The notes under the pieces are model-generated. The model did no database searches and was not told the DNA's origin. It saw nothing but the letters and a program-made list of their open reading frames with translations. DNA of 60,871 bases, counting the filler, from Vannella sp. (lineage: Eukaryota), in the NCBI GenBank assembly GCA_023345925.1. It is 5 parts of 5 records of this genome, joined end to end, with 100 filler letters (N's around TTAATTAATTAA, not from the genome) between each part and the next. Parts side by side here need not be neighbours in the genome. Positions count along the whole stretch, not along the records: positions 27,164 to 49,953 come from JAJQQN010001436.1; positions 50,054 to 60,871 come from JAJQQN010001356.1; 3 more parts are not named here. The stretch is one strand, 5' to 3'. Each line of letters starts with the position of its first letter. The first letter of the stretch is position 1. Below are positions 43,861 to 54,466 of the stretch, one piece after another. The position numbers and the translations under genes were made by a program.

Positions 43861-44494
43861 TTTCTTCACAAGGATAGCGTGGGAGATTGCCTCAAAAGAA
43901 CCTCCCGTTGGTCCATTCCATCTCTTTGGAAGGGGGTACCTCCATTGCAATGGCTCCCCCTAGTGACAAGTTCCTAAGTTAGCTAGCGCGTGAGTTCTCT
44001 GTAGGAAAGAAATGATCACCAACGCATCCCGTAATTGACCTTCTCTTGTTATTCCAAGCTCTTGCAGTTCTGCGACTCCAAGAGAGAGAATTCTCTTTCC
44101 ATTCATGCCATCAACAAGGGGAGTTGGCCATTGTAAGGAATGCTCTTGTAACAGAGCCCGTAAATCCGCCTCATTTGAGCAAGGGCTCTAGGCACCGAAA
44201 AAGTGGGGAAAAGAGAGTCAAGGAGAAAGTGAGGAGTTCGTCATCTTGTATGACACAAGAAGGCAAGAAGGAAGGCTTTCTGCAGCATCCTTCTGTTGAC
44301 TGGGAACATCCCGAAGAGAGCTTTTGAGACTCCTGAGCCATCACTGGGTGCTCTTCCTGCAACAATACAAGAAAAACAGCATTCCATGTCTTACTGATAA
44401 TGGACTTCCCTCGAAGAGATGGTGTGTTTAACAAGGTTGCTTGTATTGCACTCATTGATCCATTGCGTTTGGACCTGAAGATAGAGAAGGTCAG

Positions 44495-45040
44495 TTAAAA
44501 CTTTTTCTGTTCGCGGCGATCGCGTTTTTGTTCTTCTTCTTTGAGTCGGATCTCTCGAATCAGCTCATTGAATGCCTCTTCGACGTTGATCGCAGCCCTG
44601 GCAGAGGTCTCAAAGAAGGGACAGTGGATGGTGGCGGCATACTCCTTTCCTTCTTGCTCTCCCACTTCGCGCTCTCCATCCAAGTCACATTTGTTCCCCA
44701 CAAGAACCACGGGTACTTTGTCTTCGTCCTTCGAACGAAGAACTTCCTGGTACAAGAGAGGTGTCTCTTCAAAGGAGCTGCGCGAAGTGACAGAGTAGAC
44801 GATTATGAATCCATCAGCTTTTCGTTTGTAAACTTCCCTCATGGCAGGATAGTCATCGCACAAAAACACCTGGATCTCCAGAAACTCCATTCCTGCATCA
44901 ATCATTGCACGCGCCCAGAAAGAGTCTTCCTTGTCGGGCTTGTGCGGAACAACAAAGTTCTTTTCAACGAACTGCATCGTCAATGCTGATTTGCCCACAC
45001 CAGCTCCCCCAACGACTGCAAGCTTATACTTATACTCCAT
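44495..45040 (-). CDS. Divergent Ras-family GTPase-like protein 2 (no DxxG, no CAAX)
   Basis: YKLAVVGGAGVGKSALT, YSVTSRSSF, VGNKCDL, ETSAR. The G3 position reads IQVFLCDDY. Confidence 0.9.
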   Translation of the reverse strand: MEYKYKLAVVGGAGVGKSALTMQFVEKNFVVPHKPDKEDSFWARAMIDAGMEFLEIQVFLCDDYPAMREVYKRKADGFIIVYSVTSRSSFEETPLLYQEVLRSKDEDKVPVVLVGNKCDLDGEREVGEQEGKEYAATIHCPFFETSARAAINVEEAFNELIREIRLKEEEQKRDRREQKKF

Positions 45041-45337
45041 CAACGACCAAGCTCCTCCTTCTTCGCCCACCGAGCAACCCCAAAGAAATGGATTGAGGCC
45101 GATTCCTCGCTCCAGTACGTCATCTACACTAAGTCAAAAAGAAGGGCACGTGGTGAACTCCCAATCGAAGGGCAGAGACACATTTTTTTACGATGAAAAT
45201 GGTCAAAAAATAAAATTTTAAAAAACTCAAGAGATCTCTTCCCTTTTGGTGAACTTTGCTGTTTAAGCATCCTCTTACTTCCTTTCCATGGAACTGGCTT
45301 CGAATGGATTGTAGTGCTGCCTACTTCTTCTCGCAGG

Positions 45338-45880
45338 TCAAAAAAGAGGGCAGGATTGCTTTTTTGGCCTGCGCTGATTGAGCTCTTCAATACGCCGGTT
45401 CTCCTCTCTCATCTCTCGAACTAGCTCGTAGAAAGCTTCCTCGATGTTGACCCCAGCCTTTGCAGAAGTCTCAAAGAAGGGACATTGGATGGTTGCAGCA
45501 AAATCTCCTCCTTCTTGCTCTCCCACTTGGCGCTCTCCCTCCAAGTCGCATTTGTTCCCCACAAGAACGGAAGGGAGACTGTCTTCGTCCTTCTCCCGAA
45601 GGAATTGTTGGTACAAGAGAGCTGCCTCTTCAAAAGAGCTGCGCGAAGTGACTGAGTAGACGATTATGTATCCCTGTGCAGTTCGTCTGTAACTATCCCA
45701 CATGGCAGCACTCTCGTCCTCCGTGCTGTAAAGCATGATGCCCAGCGTCCACTCCTCTCCATCGACTACCACTTGCTTCGTTGGGGAGGCGCACGCTACA
45801 TCAAAGCTCTTTTGAGTGAGCTGCACCGTCAATGCAGACTTACCGACACCACCCGCCCCGGCGACCAAGATGTTGACCAT
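45338..45880 (-). CDS. Divergent Ras-family GTPase-like protein 3 (no DxxG, CAAX CPLF)
   Basis: GAGGVGKSALTVQ, YSVTSRSSF, VGNKCDL, ETSAK. The G3 position reads IMLYSTEDE. Ends KKQSCPLF. Confidence 0.9.
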   Translation of the reverse strand: MVNILVAGAGGVGKSALTVQLTQKSFDVACASPTKQVVVDGEEWTLGIMLYSTEDESAAMWDSYRRTAQGYIIVYSVTSRSSFEEAALLYQQFLREKDEDSLPSVLVGNKCDLEGERQVGEQEGGDFAATIQCPFFETSAKAGVNIEEAFYELVREMREENRRIEELNQRRPKKQSCPLF

Positions 45881-45897
45881 CAACCCGTGTCAGACCA

Positions 45898-45972
45898 CCA
45901 AAAAGTGAAAAAATGAAATTAATCAGAAAGCTTATTCTGAAGAGATGGAGGTCATCCGGACAAGGCGAGTTC
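45898..45972 (+). repeat. Dispersed repeat, copy C
   Basis: CCAAAAAGTGAAAAAATGAAATTAATCAGAAAGCTTATTCTGAAGAGATGGAGGTCATC matches copies A and B. Confidence 0.85.
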
Positions 45973-45989
45973 TGGCACCCCTAAGGGGG

Positions 45990-46713
45990 TTATGACGAGC
46001 TCCTTTCCTCTACCAAGCCACTGGCTAACTGTGCGATTTCCCAGCGAAGGTTGGCTTTGGCAGGCTCTTCCAAAAGCGCACGGAAATGCACACTTTGGAA
46101 GATGAATTTGCCCGATTGGGGGAGAAAGTGCGTTAGAACGCTGGCTCGACCTTTTTGGTAGCTCTCGTCTGCTACGTGGATGTACTCTCTCCTGATTTGA
46201 GTGGCGTAGAGCCTGTAGTCACTTGGGATTGCCCCCAGAATGGAAAGGTCCATGTCGATGAAGAGGTTCAGGTCGCAGTTGCCCTGATGAGGAAGACCCT
46301 CGTGCTTGAGAGTGTCCATAATCCATTGGAAAACGCACTCTTGGTCCGCCTGTGGGACGCAAGATGCTTCCTTACAGAAGGTAAGGAACAAATCAGCACT
46401 TTGCAGCTCATTGTCTGATCTTGTGGGCTCGTAGACAACACTGAACTCCGAATCAGTACTTTCCATAACCTCCTACACTTCCTCACTCATGAAAGAAGAT
46501 CGCCAACGCCACCAAGTCCGGACGGGAGAGCATCCCTCTCTCGTTCACCTCATCAAACAGCACAAACAGGCTACGGATGTGATCTAAAGTGTGATAGAAC
46601 CTCTGAGGCTCACTATAACGCTCACAAACAACGCGCCACCACCTCCTACAGCAATCCTCCTTCACCCCCAACTCTCCCACCAAACTCCCCCAGCGCTCCT
46701 CCAAAGAGACCAT
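45990..46713 (-). CDS. Predicted metal-dependent HD-superfamily phosphohydrolase (COG4339-like), 2 exons
   Basis: YSEPQRFYHTLDHI, AIFFHD (D codon split by an intron) VVYEP..DNE, DMDLSILG, IRREY..Y..GR..VL. Confidence 0.88.
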
Positions 46714-46776
46714 GGAAGGTATGAGAGCACTCCATTCGAGTAAACAGGGCTTTGGAAGTGATTGGAGCTCATTCCG

Positions 46777-49339
46777 ATGTCGGCAGTGGAGGGAGAACGA
46801 CTTCGGAGGATCTTTGTGAGCCGCTCGTCGGGGGAAGGTCCGACTTCGCAGGAGTTTGGCCCTCTGGAGGTTCCTGTTGAGCTGTTTGATCCCACGAGCA
46901 TTGAGGCGGGGCGGAGTCATCTTCTGGTGCTTGACAGTTCGTCGTACTCTTTCACTGTGCGCTAGTCTGACCTGAGAGTAGGATCTGGAGAGGTATGGGT
47001 AATGGGAGAGGGTAAATCAGGGCAGTTGGGACTCGGGGAGGACGTCCAGTTCGCGCCAAAGCTGATTCCTCTTCCCGTCATTGTCTCTCCTCGCCCCCGC
47101 AACTCCCATGCCACGTTTACCATGTCACGGTCTAGTAACCCATCAGAGGCAAGGTCCATGAGCATCAGCAGCGAGGTGGAGTGGTTCCGGGGGAAGGTAA
47201 AACCACCTCGCGAAGAAATCCGCTCCATCCACGCTGCAGCACTCACCAGTGCAGTCATTACGAGTACGAGACTTCAGATAACCATGCAAAGAACTGCAGA
47301 GCTAACGCAGGAGATGAGCAGAGTCCGGACGAATGTACACTTGGGGCTACACGTACCAAAAGATGCTGTGGCAGCCTGAGAGAGTGCCCCTGTGGGAGTC
47401 TCACCTCGTCCAAGACATCTCACTAGGTAGCCAGCATGTGCTAGCGCTAGTAGAGATCAAAGGAAGTCACAGAACAGTCGCAATGTCTTGGGGCAAGTCC
47501 TCTTCCGGAGCCCTCGGTGTTGGAGTAGGTCAGCTCTGCGTGACGGAGCATTGTCTCATCACCAATAGGATAAGGTCAAGATATCACTACAAGCTCAGCT
47601 TGTCCAGTTCGAGGAAGACCCAGACTCTGCTCCTGTCCGCCTATTTGCCGGTCATACTTCATCTGTAGCGCTTCTCGGTGCGTTCTAGAGTAACTCGGTG
47701 CTCTTCTCTAACTCATGAATGTAGAGAATGGCTCAGTATATGTTTGGGGCGATCTGGGAGGCCGATTCCACTGCTGGAAACCCAGAAAGATCACTTTTCC
47801 CGGACAAGCTCGTTTACATTGTATATATGTCGGTGACGAGATGTCTTTGATCTGTAAAGGTGAGTCATCCAAGCCTCTCTTCTCAGACACTAAGGGGAGA
47901 AAGGCGAAACACTGTACGCTATTAATATTGTCGATTATTCGAATGAGTTGGTTTCTATTCGAGAGAGGAAGCTGCTCTCTTTAGAGCATACGACAGTGGA
48001 TGCTTATTCTTCGTTTCATTATGGATTTATATGCCAGATGAAGAGTATAGGCTTTGATATAATCATGCTGAATCATCGTGGACAAGCTATCCTTTCGGAA
48101 GGGAGTAAGATTTCCCATCAGAGCTCGCTTCGCATTGTGCCTATTGATGGATTTATTGAAAAGGTGGCTTGCTCTACTCAAGGCATGTTCCTACTTGTGG
48201 ATATTCCTCTTATTCAACAGTCAGTGGATCGATACTCTCTCTTACAGCAAGAGGTCGACTTGCTACCTAATATTGTGCAAGATATAATGGACAAGTTTAA
48301 TGGCTGGGCCTCTGGAGAGAACGCTCCACCGCAGAGTGAATCATTCCCGGAGTCAAGATTTGAAATAGCACTGAAAGATTGCGCTTGTCCCAGGGTCTTA
48401 GAGGCCTATGCAGCCTATCAAAACTTCAAAATAACCGATATTCGTGGATTCACTCCCTCCCAGACCCTGGGACTTCTCCTATGCTATCTTTCAAGATTGG
48501 AAGAGCCCCTCTTTCCCTCTCCTGTTGGATTGGAGTTGGCCCATAAGTACTCTAGCAATGATCTACCATATCTCCGCCCAGCAGTGCTCCAAAAATCATT
48601 AGAGAATCTCTCACCATCCAGTAGACAGGTATTTTTGCGATTGGTCCAAATCCTTTCCATTTGCTTCACCTGGGGAGACAGCGTCGAATCTAAAGTCACA
48701 AAAGAAGGTTCATTCTCTTCCATTGGACCCCCTCTTCTTCAAGAAACTGTGGATTTGATCTTCAGTGGGATGTTTGGACAGCATTTGGAGAAGAATGTGG
48801 ATTCCACTCTCCGCAAAATCTGCTTCCTCTTTGTTCGATTCTCCCCCATTTGGTCGGAGTATCCTATCAAAGATGGCTTCCTTAAGCCAATTCAGTTCTA
48901 TCTCATGGAATTTAAGTCCTCCCGTTTGGATCTTCTTGACGAGTTCATCGAAGAGTCGGCACATCTCCCTTCTCATCGGGATCTGTTCCTCTTACTTCTT
49001 GACTCCAGCCTTCTCAACAGAGTAAGTCAGAAAGAGAAATTGCCAACCCTTTAACACTTGAATCAGATCCTCTTCGACGTCGTCTCAGGAGTCTACACAC
49101 ACGAAAGTGACTGGAACAAAATATCCCGGATTGTCCTCTTCCTCACTCAGAACACAGCTCACCAAGTCAACCACGATGACTTTGTAGCTATCCTAAAACA
49201 TCTCGCTTCCTCTCCAAGCGATCGCCATGAGCAGGAAGCTGCAGTAGCCCTCCTCCACCTACTTTGGTCCCCTCTCGAAGTCGAATGTCGCGCTTTGCTC
49301 CTGGCTTCTTGTTTATGCCAGCAAAGGCAATCTTCTTAA
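46777..49339 (+). CDS. Multi-exon protein with RCC1-like repeats and a degenerate RhoGAP-like helical region
   Basis: AGRSHLLVL, VMGEGKSGQLGLG, SLGSQHVLAL, SWGKSSSGALGVG; later LPNIV...LLLCYLSRLEEPLFP...LENLSPSSRQVFLRLVQIL. Confidence 0.6.
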
Positions 49340-49398
49340 AGCCCTTGAAATTCTGATTCTTATGATGCTAATGGGAAGCATTTAAAAGGGCATTTCGA

Positions 49399-49953
49399 AT
49401 GGTCCGCTTCTGGTTGGCTTTGGCGCTCTTCGCGGCGATCGCGCGCGGGGAGGGCTCGTTCGGTGCGCCTTTGGCGCCTACTGTGTGGGGGACAGATGTT
49501 ACGGTGGATGAGATCAGAGCTGTGGATACGCTGGTTGGTCAGATTGGGCAGTTTTCGCAAACGGCTTTCTTTGGGGACGAAAGTCTCACTCCTCCTCATT
49601 CTGCGGTCTACTTTGCAGCTTATCATGGTGATGGTGCATTAAAAAGACTTGTGTTGTCTTCCTCCGAACCAATGAGCCTCACAGGACTGGAGAGTGACCC
49701 CACATCTGGCTACTTGGTCAGCGCCTTGGTCCACTCCACGATTGAAGAGCTCTCGAAGGATAATGTCGGTACTGAACGTTGGGAGGCAGAAGGACGGAAA
49801 ATGTGGGGAGGAAAAGTTCCCTCGACGATGTACGTTCTCCAGTTAGTTTGTTTCCATCTGGAGAAGCAGACCTTCTCGCTCAGCGAGCCAATTCTTACAT
49901 CAGACGGTTCTTTTGTGATTCATGACCTTGATTATGATTCAGAGACATCTCTC
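49399..49953 (+). CDS. Secreted or membrane hypothetical protein, truncated by contig end
   Basis: Signal peptide MVRFWLALALFAAIARG; the ORF stays open up to the gap. Confidence 0.65.
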
Positions 49954-50053
49954 NNNNNNNNNNNNNNNNNNNNNNNNNNNNNNNNNNNNNNNNNNNNTTA
50001 ATTAATTAANNNNNNNNNNNNNNNNNNNNNNNNNNNNNNNNNNNNNNNNNNNN
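49954..50053. other. Assembly spacer (contig join)
   Basis: N44-TTAATTAATTAA-N44. Confidence 0.98.
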
Positions 50054-50055
50054 CT

Positions 50056-52137
50056 TCAAACACTTCTCGTCGCTCTCAGAAAGCCCAGCCCGACCCGTAG
50101 AATCCAAACGAACTGGAGCAAAACGCGCCAGCAGCTTCTCGACCTACTCCATCCAACGCCCCCTAAACAATGATGCTTAGATCTCCTGAGTGTGTCATTG
50201 GGCAAGAGCCTCTCCAGTTGGCCAATGAGGGTGCTAGTTGGCCTCAGAGACCAAAAGGGGGTCCAAGTCACTATTTCATTGCGGATTTGGGTCGGAGTGC
50301 GTTGAGCCGAGTTCTTAGCTCCGGATGATATCGGGATGGGAACTCTTCTGGAAGTATACCTCCTAGTGAAACGAAACACCATACCAACTCAATCATTTGG
50401 GAGTTGTGGTAACGAGAACAAAATTTCTCGAAATGAGCCACTCTTTGGACCTGCTCAGATAGGGTAGCCTTCCGTCAGTGCCTGAGACATAAGAACGGAA
50501 GCCTCGTCTTACTGCTTGCTCTGTGGTCTATAATCAGGAGTTTAGAACTGGCGGGGTATCTGGCACTGTAACTTACAAACTCTCCAGCTTCTATTTTAGG
50601 GACTACCAGCGCCACTAAAGAGTGACTCTTGACTCTTCCAGGTCTTAAGCACAAGTCTTCTGCTGTCCTCTGAAACATTGTCACCCACACCTCTTTGACT
50701 TCCACAGCGAAGATTCTCTTACTCCTTTCAGATCCTCCAAATAGAATACTTGTCAGTCACTCGCCCTTTCAATAGATCTCTTACCCTTTGCCTTAATTGA
50801 CTAAGGCCGCCCTTCTCAAGCAAAATTTGGATTAACTGGGGCTTATCAGACAAAGCAGCCAGATGAATGGGAAGTATCTTGGGTCGTTCTTAGACCAGTG
50901 GACTTGGATTCATGGTAGCTTACCCCTTTTGGACCCTAAGCTAAGAAAGTTACGAACACATCCTTCTCCGGCAAGTGACTTGCTTGGGCATGCAACTGCT
51001 CGAGAGGATAAAAGTCAAGCGCTAGCTCTAGTAGAAGGGGATCTAATCCATTTTCGCAAATGTGATGGATTGGTAATCTCCTGGTATTGTCCTGTTAAGG
51101 AGTCAGATGGCAATCCTGCGGTAGCGGAGGAAGACTTGCACAGAGTAACAATTGGTCGGGGCATTCCCTCACGAGAATCGCCACACAATCACCTGAATTG
51201 CTGAGACAAGCATAATAAAGGGGGGTTCGCTAAATGGCGCTGATTAAGAGAGCCTGAAGAGGCCCAAAACGCACCCCCAAACAGTCCTTTTCTCACTCAG
51301 TTCCTCTCTTCAGCCTTCAAAAGTAGCCTCACCTGACGTAAGATGTCCGTCGAGTACACACTAGAAAGTAACAGGGTCTGAAGAATGTCCGCCCTGCCCA
51401 ACAAAAGTGCATGCCGGAATTCATCAAATGCGTGCCGGAATTCATCTGGGACTTCCCGCCTCTTCTCTTGGCCGGAACGGAGTGAGTCCTCAGCTTCTAG
51501 AAGAATAGAGATCGTCCCATTGTCTCCAGCAACAACAGCTCTTTGAAGAGGAGTCATCTAATCCCTTTCAGCACTCCTCTCCCTCCCTTTAGTCTGACTT
51601 ACCCCCAATGCATCCTATTGGCTGGTCAGTGAGTAACAGAGTGCTCACAAGGGAGCATACTTTGGTTTGGAGGGTAGCTGAACCTCCTTCTTCCAGTAGC
51701 AAACGAACCAAGTCAGGACACCAACTTGCAGTGGCGTAGTGCATCGGCAAGCTCTGCTGGAACATTAGCTGTCTCTCACATACCAAGGTACAACTAGTCA
51801 CACCCCTGTGTAGTCCTGTGAGCAGCTTTAGGAGCTTTTCAGAACCCTCAACAGATTAAGTGGCTCACCAGTGCCGCTCGCTGCTTCACACTCTCCCCTG
51901 CTGCAAGCAGTGTCTTGCAGATACCCATATCTCCACAGAGACAGGCGCAGTGAAGAGGAATCCGCCCCGTCTCTGACTATCATCAAAGATAGGTCAGTTT
52001 GCGAGTCGTTGTCGCTCCCTGTCACGTACATCCACTTCCAAGACATCGTAGCCATCTTCCAACAGACGATTCACTTGGTCTCCGTCACCAGCGAGCGCAG
52101 CAATGCAGAGGGCCGCCATCAAATGAGCATTGTCCAT
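50056..52137 (-). CDS. Ankyrin-repeat protein (multi-exon; both ends uncertain)
   Basis: ALCIAALAGDGDQVNRLLE, GRIPLHCACLCGDMGICKTLL, LPMHYATA..LVRLLLEEGG, MTPLQRAVVAGD..ISILLE, LPIHLAALSDKPQLIQILLEKG. An alternative spliced start exists at 52244. Confidence 0.7.
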
Positions 52138-52157
52138 TTCGCTCTTGGCCTCTGTCC

Positions 52158-52916
52158 ATGCTGCTTCCTGCAGAGCTTCTCGGTGAGTAGGTCTCGCTCT
52201 CTTCCTTCTCCCTACTCAGTACGTACACCAGATGAAGTGATCATCTTGTAAGTGAAGCGAGAGGGAAGAAGCGCCCTTCTAATGAGAAGGATGCAGCATT
52301 CTTGGTGAGAGGAGGATCTACCCAGCTTCATACTTTGCACAAACACACTGTAAACGGCTCAACATGACCACCTATGAGCTGCAAGAGGCCCATCTTAGTC
52401 GCTACCTCGACTCATTTCGCCGCTCGATTACTCGTACGTCTCGAAGAGAGGCGTGCATGCCCTACGCCAGCATCTAACACGATATACTAGCTCTTATAGA
52501 TACGAAGAAGGTACAGAAGGTGGAGTTAGTCTTCATCCTGGTCTCTAGTGAGAAGATAATCGAGAATTGGAGCTTAGACTTGACCTATCTCTCTCCTGAA
52601 GACTCGAAGACGGACTCAGAGAAGCTAGATCAACAGCTGGCTGCTTTGATGAGACAGATACAGAACAGTGTTGCCTTCCTACCTGTCATCAGCAACGAGC
52701 TTTGCAAGTTCGACCTTCTCGTCCATTGTCACCGAGACGAGGAGGTTCCCGCTCTCTGGGAAGGAGCCACACTTGGAACCATCCCTTTCGAACATATCAC
52801 CGACAAACTACGCACCACCAGCGCCACGGTAACCTCGTCTCCCCTTCTTTTCCTCCCTGACCCTCTCCCAGGGCGCTGAAGTCTCCTTGTCGGTATCGTA
52901 CCGTCCTTCTGATTAG
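52158..52916 (+). CDS. HORMA-domain protein, divergent MAD2-like (5 exons)
   Basis: Spliced ILGERRIYPASYF, VQKVELVF..EKIIENWSLDL, LAALMRQIQNSVAFLP, CKFDLLVH..EVPALWE, KLRTTSAT..VSLSVSYR. Confidence 0.82.
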
Positions 52917-52975
52917 AAGCACATGAAAGGGAAGCTCCTGAATAAAGCCGCCCTCTTCGATCACTTCCTTCTGCC

Positions 52976-53574
52976 ATGCTGCGCACCACCGCCCTCCGCT
53001 CGTCTCAGTTGCTTCGCAGAAGCGCCATTCCTGTGCCGTCTGTGGCGCACTTCAGTGTGCCTAGGTTGTCTACAGCTACCAGTCGAGTGACGTCGGATGC
53101 GACGCCTGAGGAGATCCTCACAACGCTACGGAACCCTGATTACTACAAGTACATCCATTGGGGCATCACCAAGTCGTCTCTGGTGGATGGAATAGATGTA
53201 GATAGTGAAGAATCATCTGTTGGCGCTTGCCGCATCAGTATGGGATACTCTCCAAGGCTGAGTATTGATGTAACATGCAACATGGCCTTCTTTGCTCCTA
53301 ACACAATCAAGGTTGGTGGCTTCCTATCTGCAGAGCAACCCTGACGTTTGTGTTGTAGCTGGAGAGTATTCCCAACGATTACGTCAACTTCAGTGCGATC
53401 TGGAACGTTCATGAGGACGAGGAGACTTCCGGAAGTGTCCTTGACCTCACCCTTCGGTGCCAGTCAGAAAGCAGTACGGTGCAGACCTTACTCAACCGTG
53501 GGTTGATCGATGTTGAATCCGTTGCGGAGTTAATCAACAAGAGCCTCGCCAAGAACGCCCCGAGGTTCCCTTGA
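52976..53574 (+). CDS. Mitochondrion-targeted SRPBCC/COQ10-like protein (2 exons)
   Basis: R/S-rich presequence. ATPEEILTTLRNPDYYKYIHWGITKS...MGY...FSAIWNV resembles the polyketide-cyclase/Coq10 pattern. Confidence 0.5.
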
Positions 53575-53827
53575 AAGAACCTGTGTCACTTTGGAGGTGA
53601 TCTGAGACCTTCCTTTGCTATCTAATACGACCTTTTGTTTGTTCTACTCTCAATGTGGTAGATCTTGGCTTGTGTCACGGGACCATGATTGGTGCTAGAT
53701 TGGCCGCAAATGATTTCCTTCATGTCGTCCAAGGGGGAGTTGTCAATTGGACATGGGGATTGCTGTAGAAAGCTGCTTTTGTTGGAAGGAACCTGAAAGC
53801 GAAGATCAACATTCAAATGTTCGTGCC

Positions 53828-53929
53828 AACACTGCCCCTTGGTGTAGGCAGCGTGGCATCGGTGTTGTTCAACAAAACACTGCCCCTTGGTGTAGGGAGC
53901 GTGGCATCGTTGTTGTTCAACAAAACACT
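53828..53929. repeat. 48-bp tandem duplication (2.1 copies)
   Basis: AACACTGCCCCTTGGTGTAGG(C/G)AGCGTGGCATCG(G/T)TGTTGTTCAACAA twice, 2 mismatches. Confidence 0.92.
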
Positions 53930-54466
53930 CTTCACCAACTTGGAACGAACCCTCTCAATGAGTTCGGGTTCCATTGTGTGAGTTTTTGGCCTCCGATGCG
54001 AGTGCCCTCAATTATTGGACTGGCCCGATCCTAATCAACTTAAAACTACTTTGAAACATTTATAAGTCCCAATACCCAAGTAATGAGTTGATTCAATAAG
54101 GCACTTGCTCTCCTCCACGAGGACTACAAGTTCGCATCAAGAACAGAGTAAAGGTTGCATACTCCAAAGAAGAAGCTCTCATCTTTTGGAAAGTGGCTTT
54201 ACTTGATCCTCTGTTCCCACAAACAACGCCGAAATTCACTTCTGAAACTGACGTGCGTTTGTGCTGAAAAAAGTTTCAAGTCTGTTTTTCTGCCTTTCCT
54301 TCAAAGCCCTCTTTCGGTAGTAACAAGAAAAGCATTAATTCGGATTTGTAGAGAGCATCGATGTGACATGATGTGCATTTACTCGAGATTCTTGAACTTG
54401 ATCTTGGCTGGTGCTGTTCGCTCTGGTGCAGCGGCAATCAGATGAAGTCTTTTCCAACAACTTGGA

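Noticed and set aside
53828..53929. Possible CRISPR-like array
   Set aside because: Only two abutting units, no spacers, no cas genes, and a eukaryotic context.
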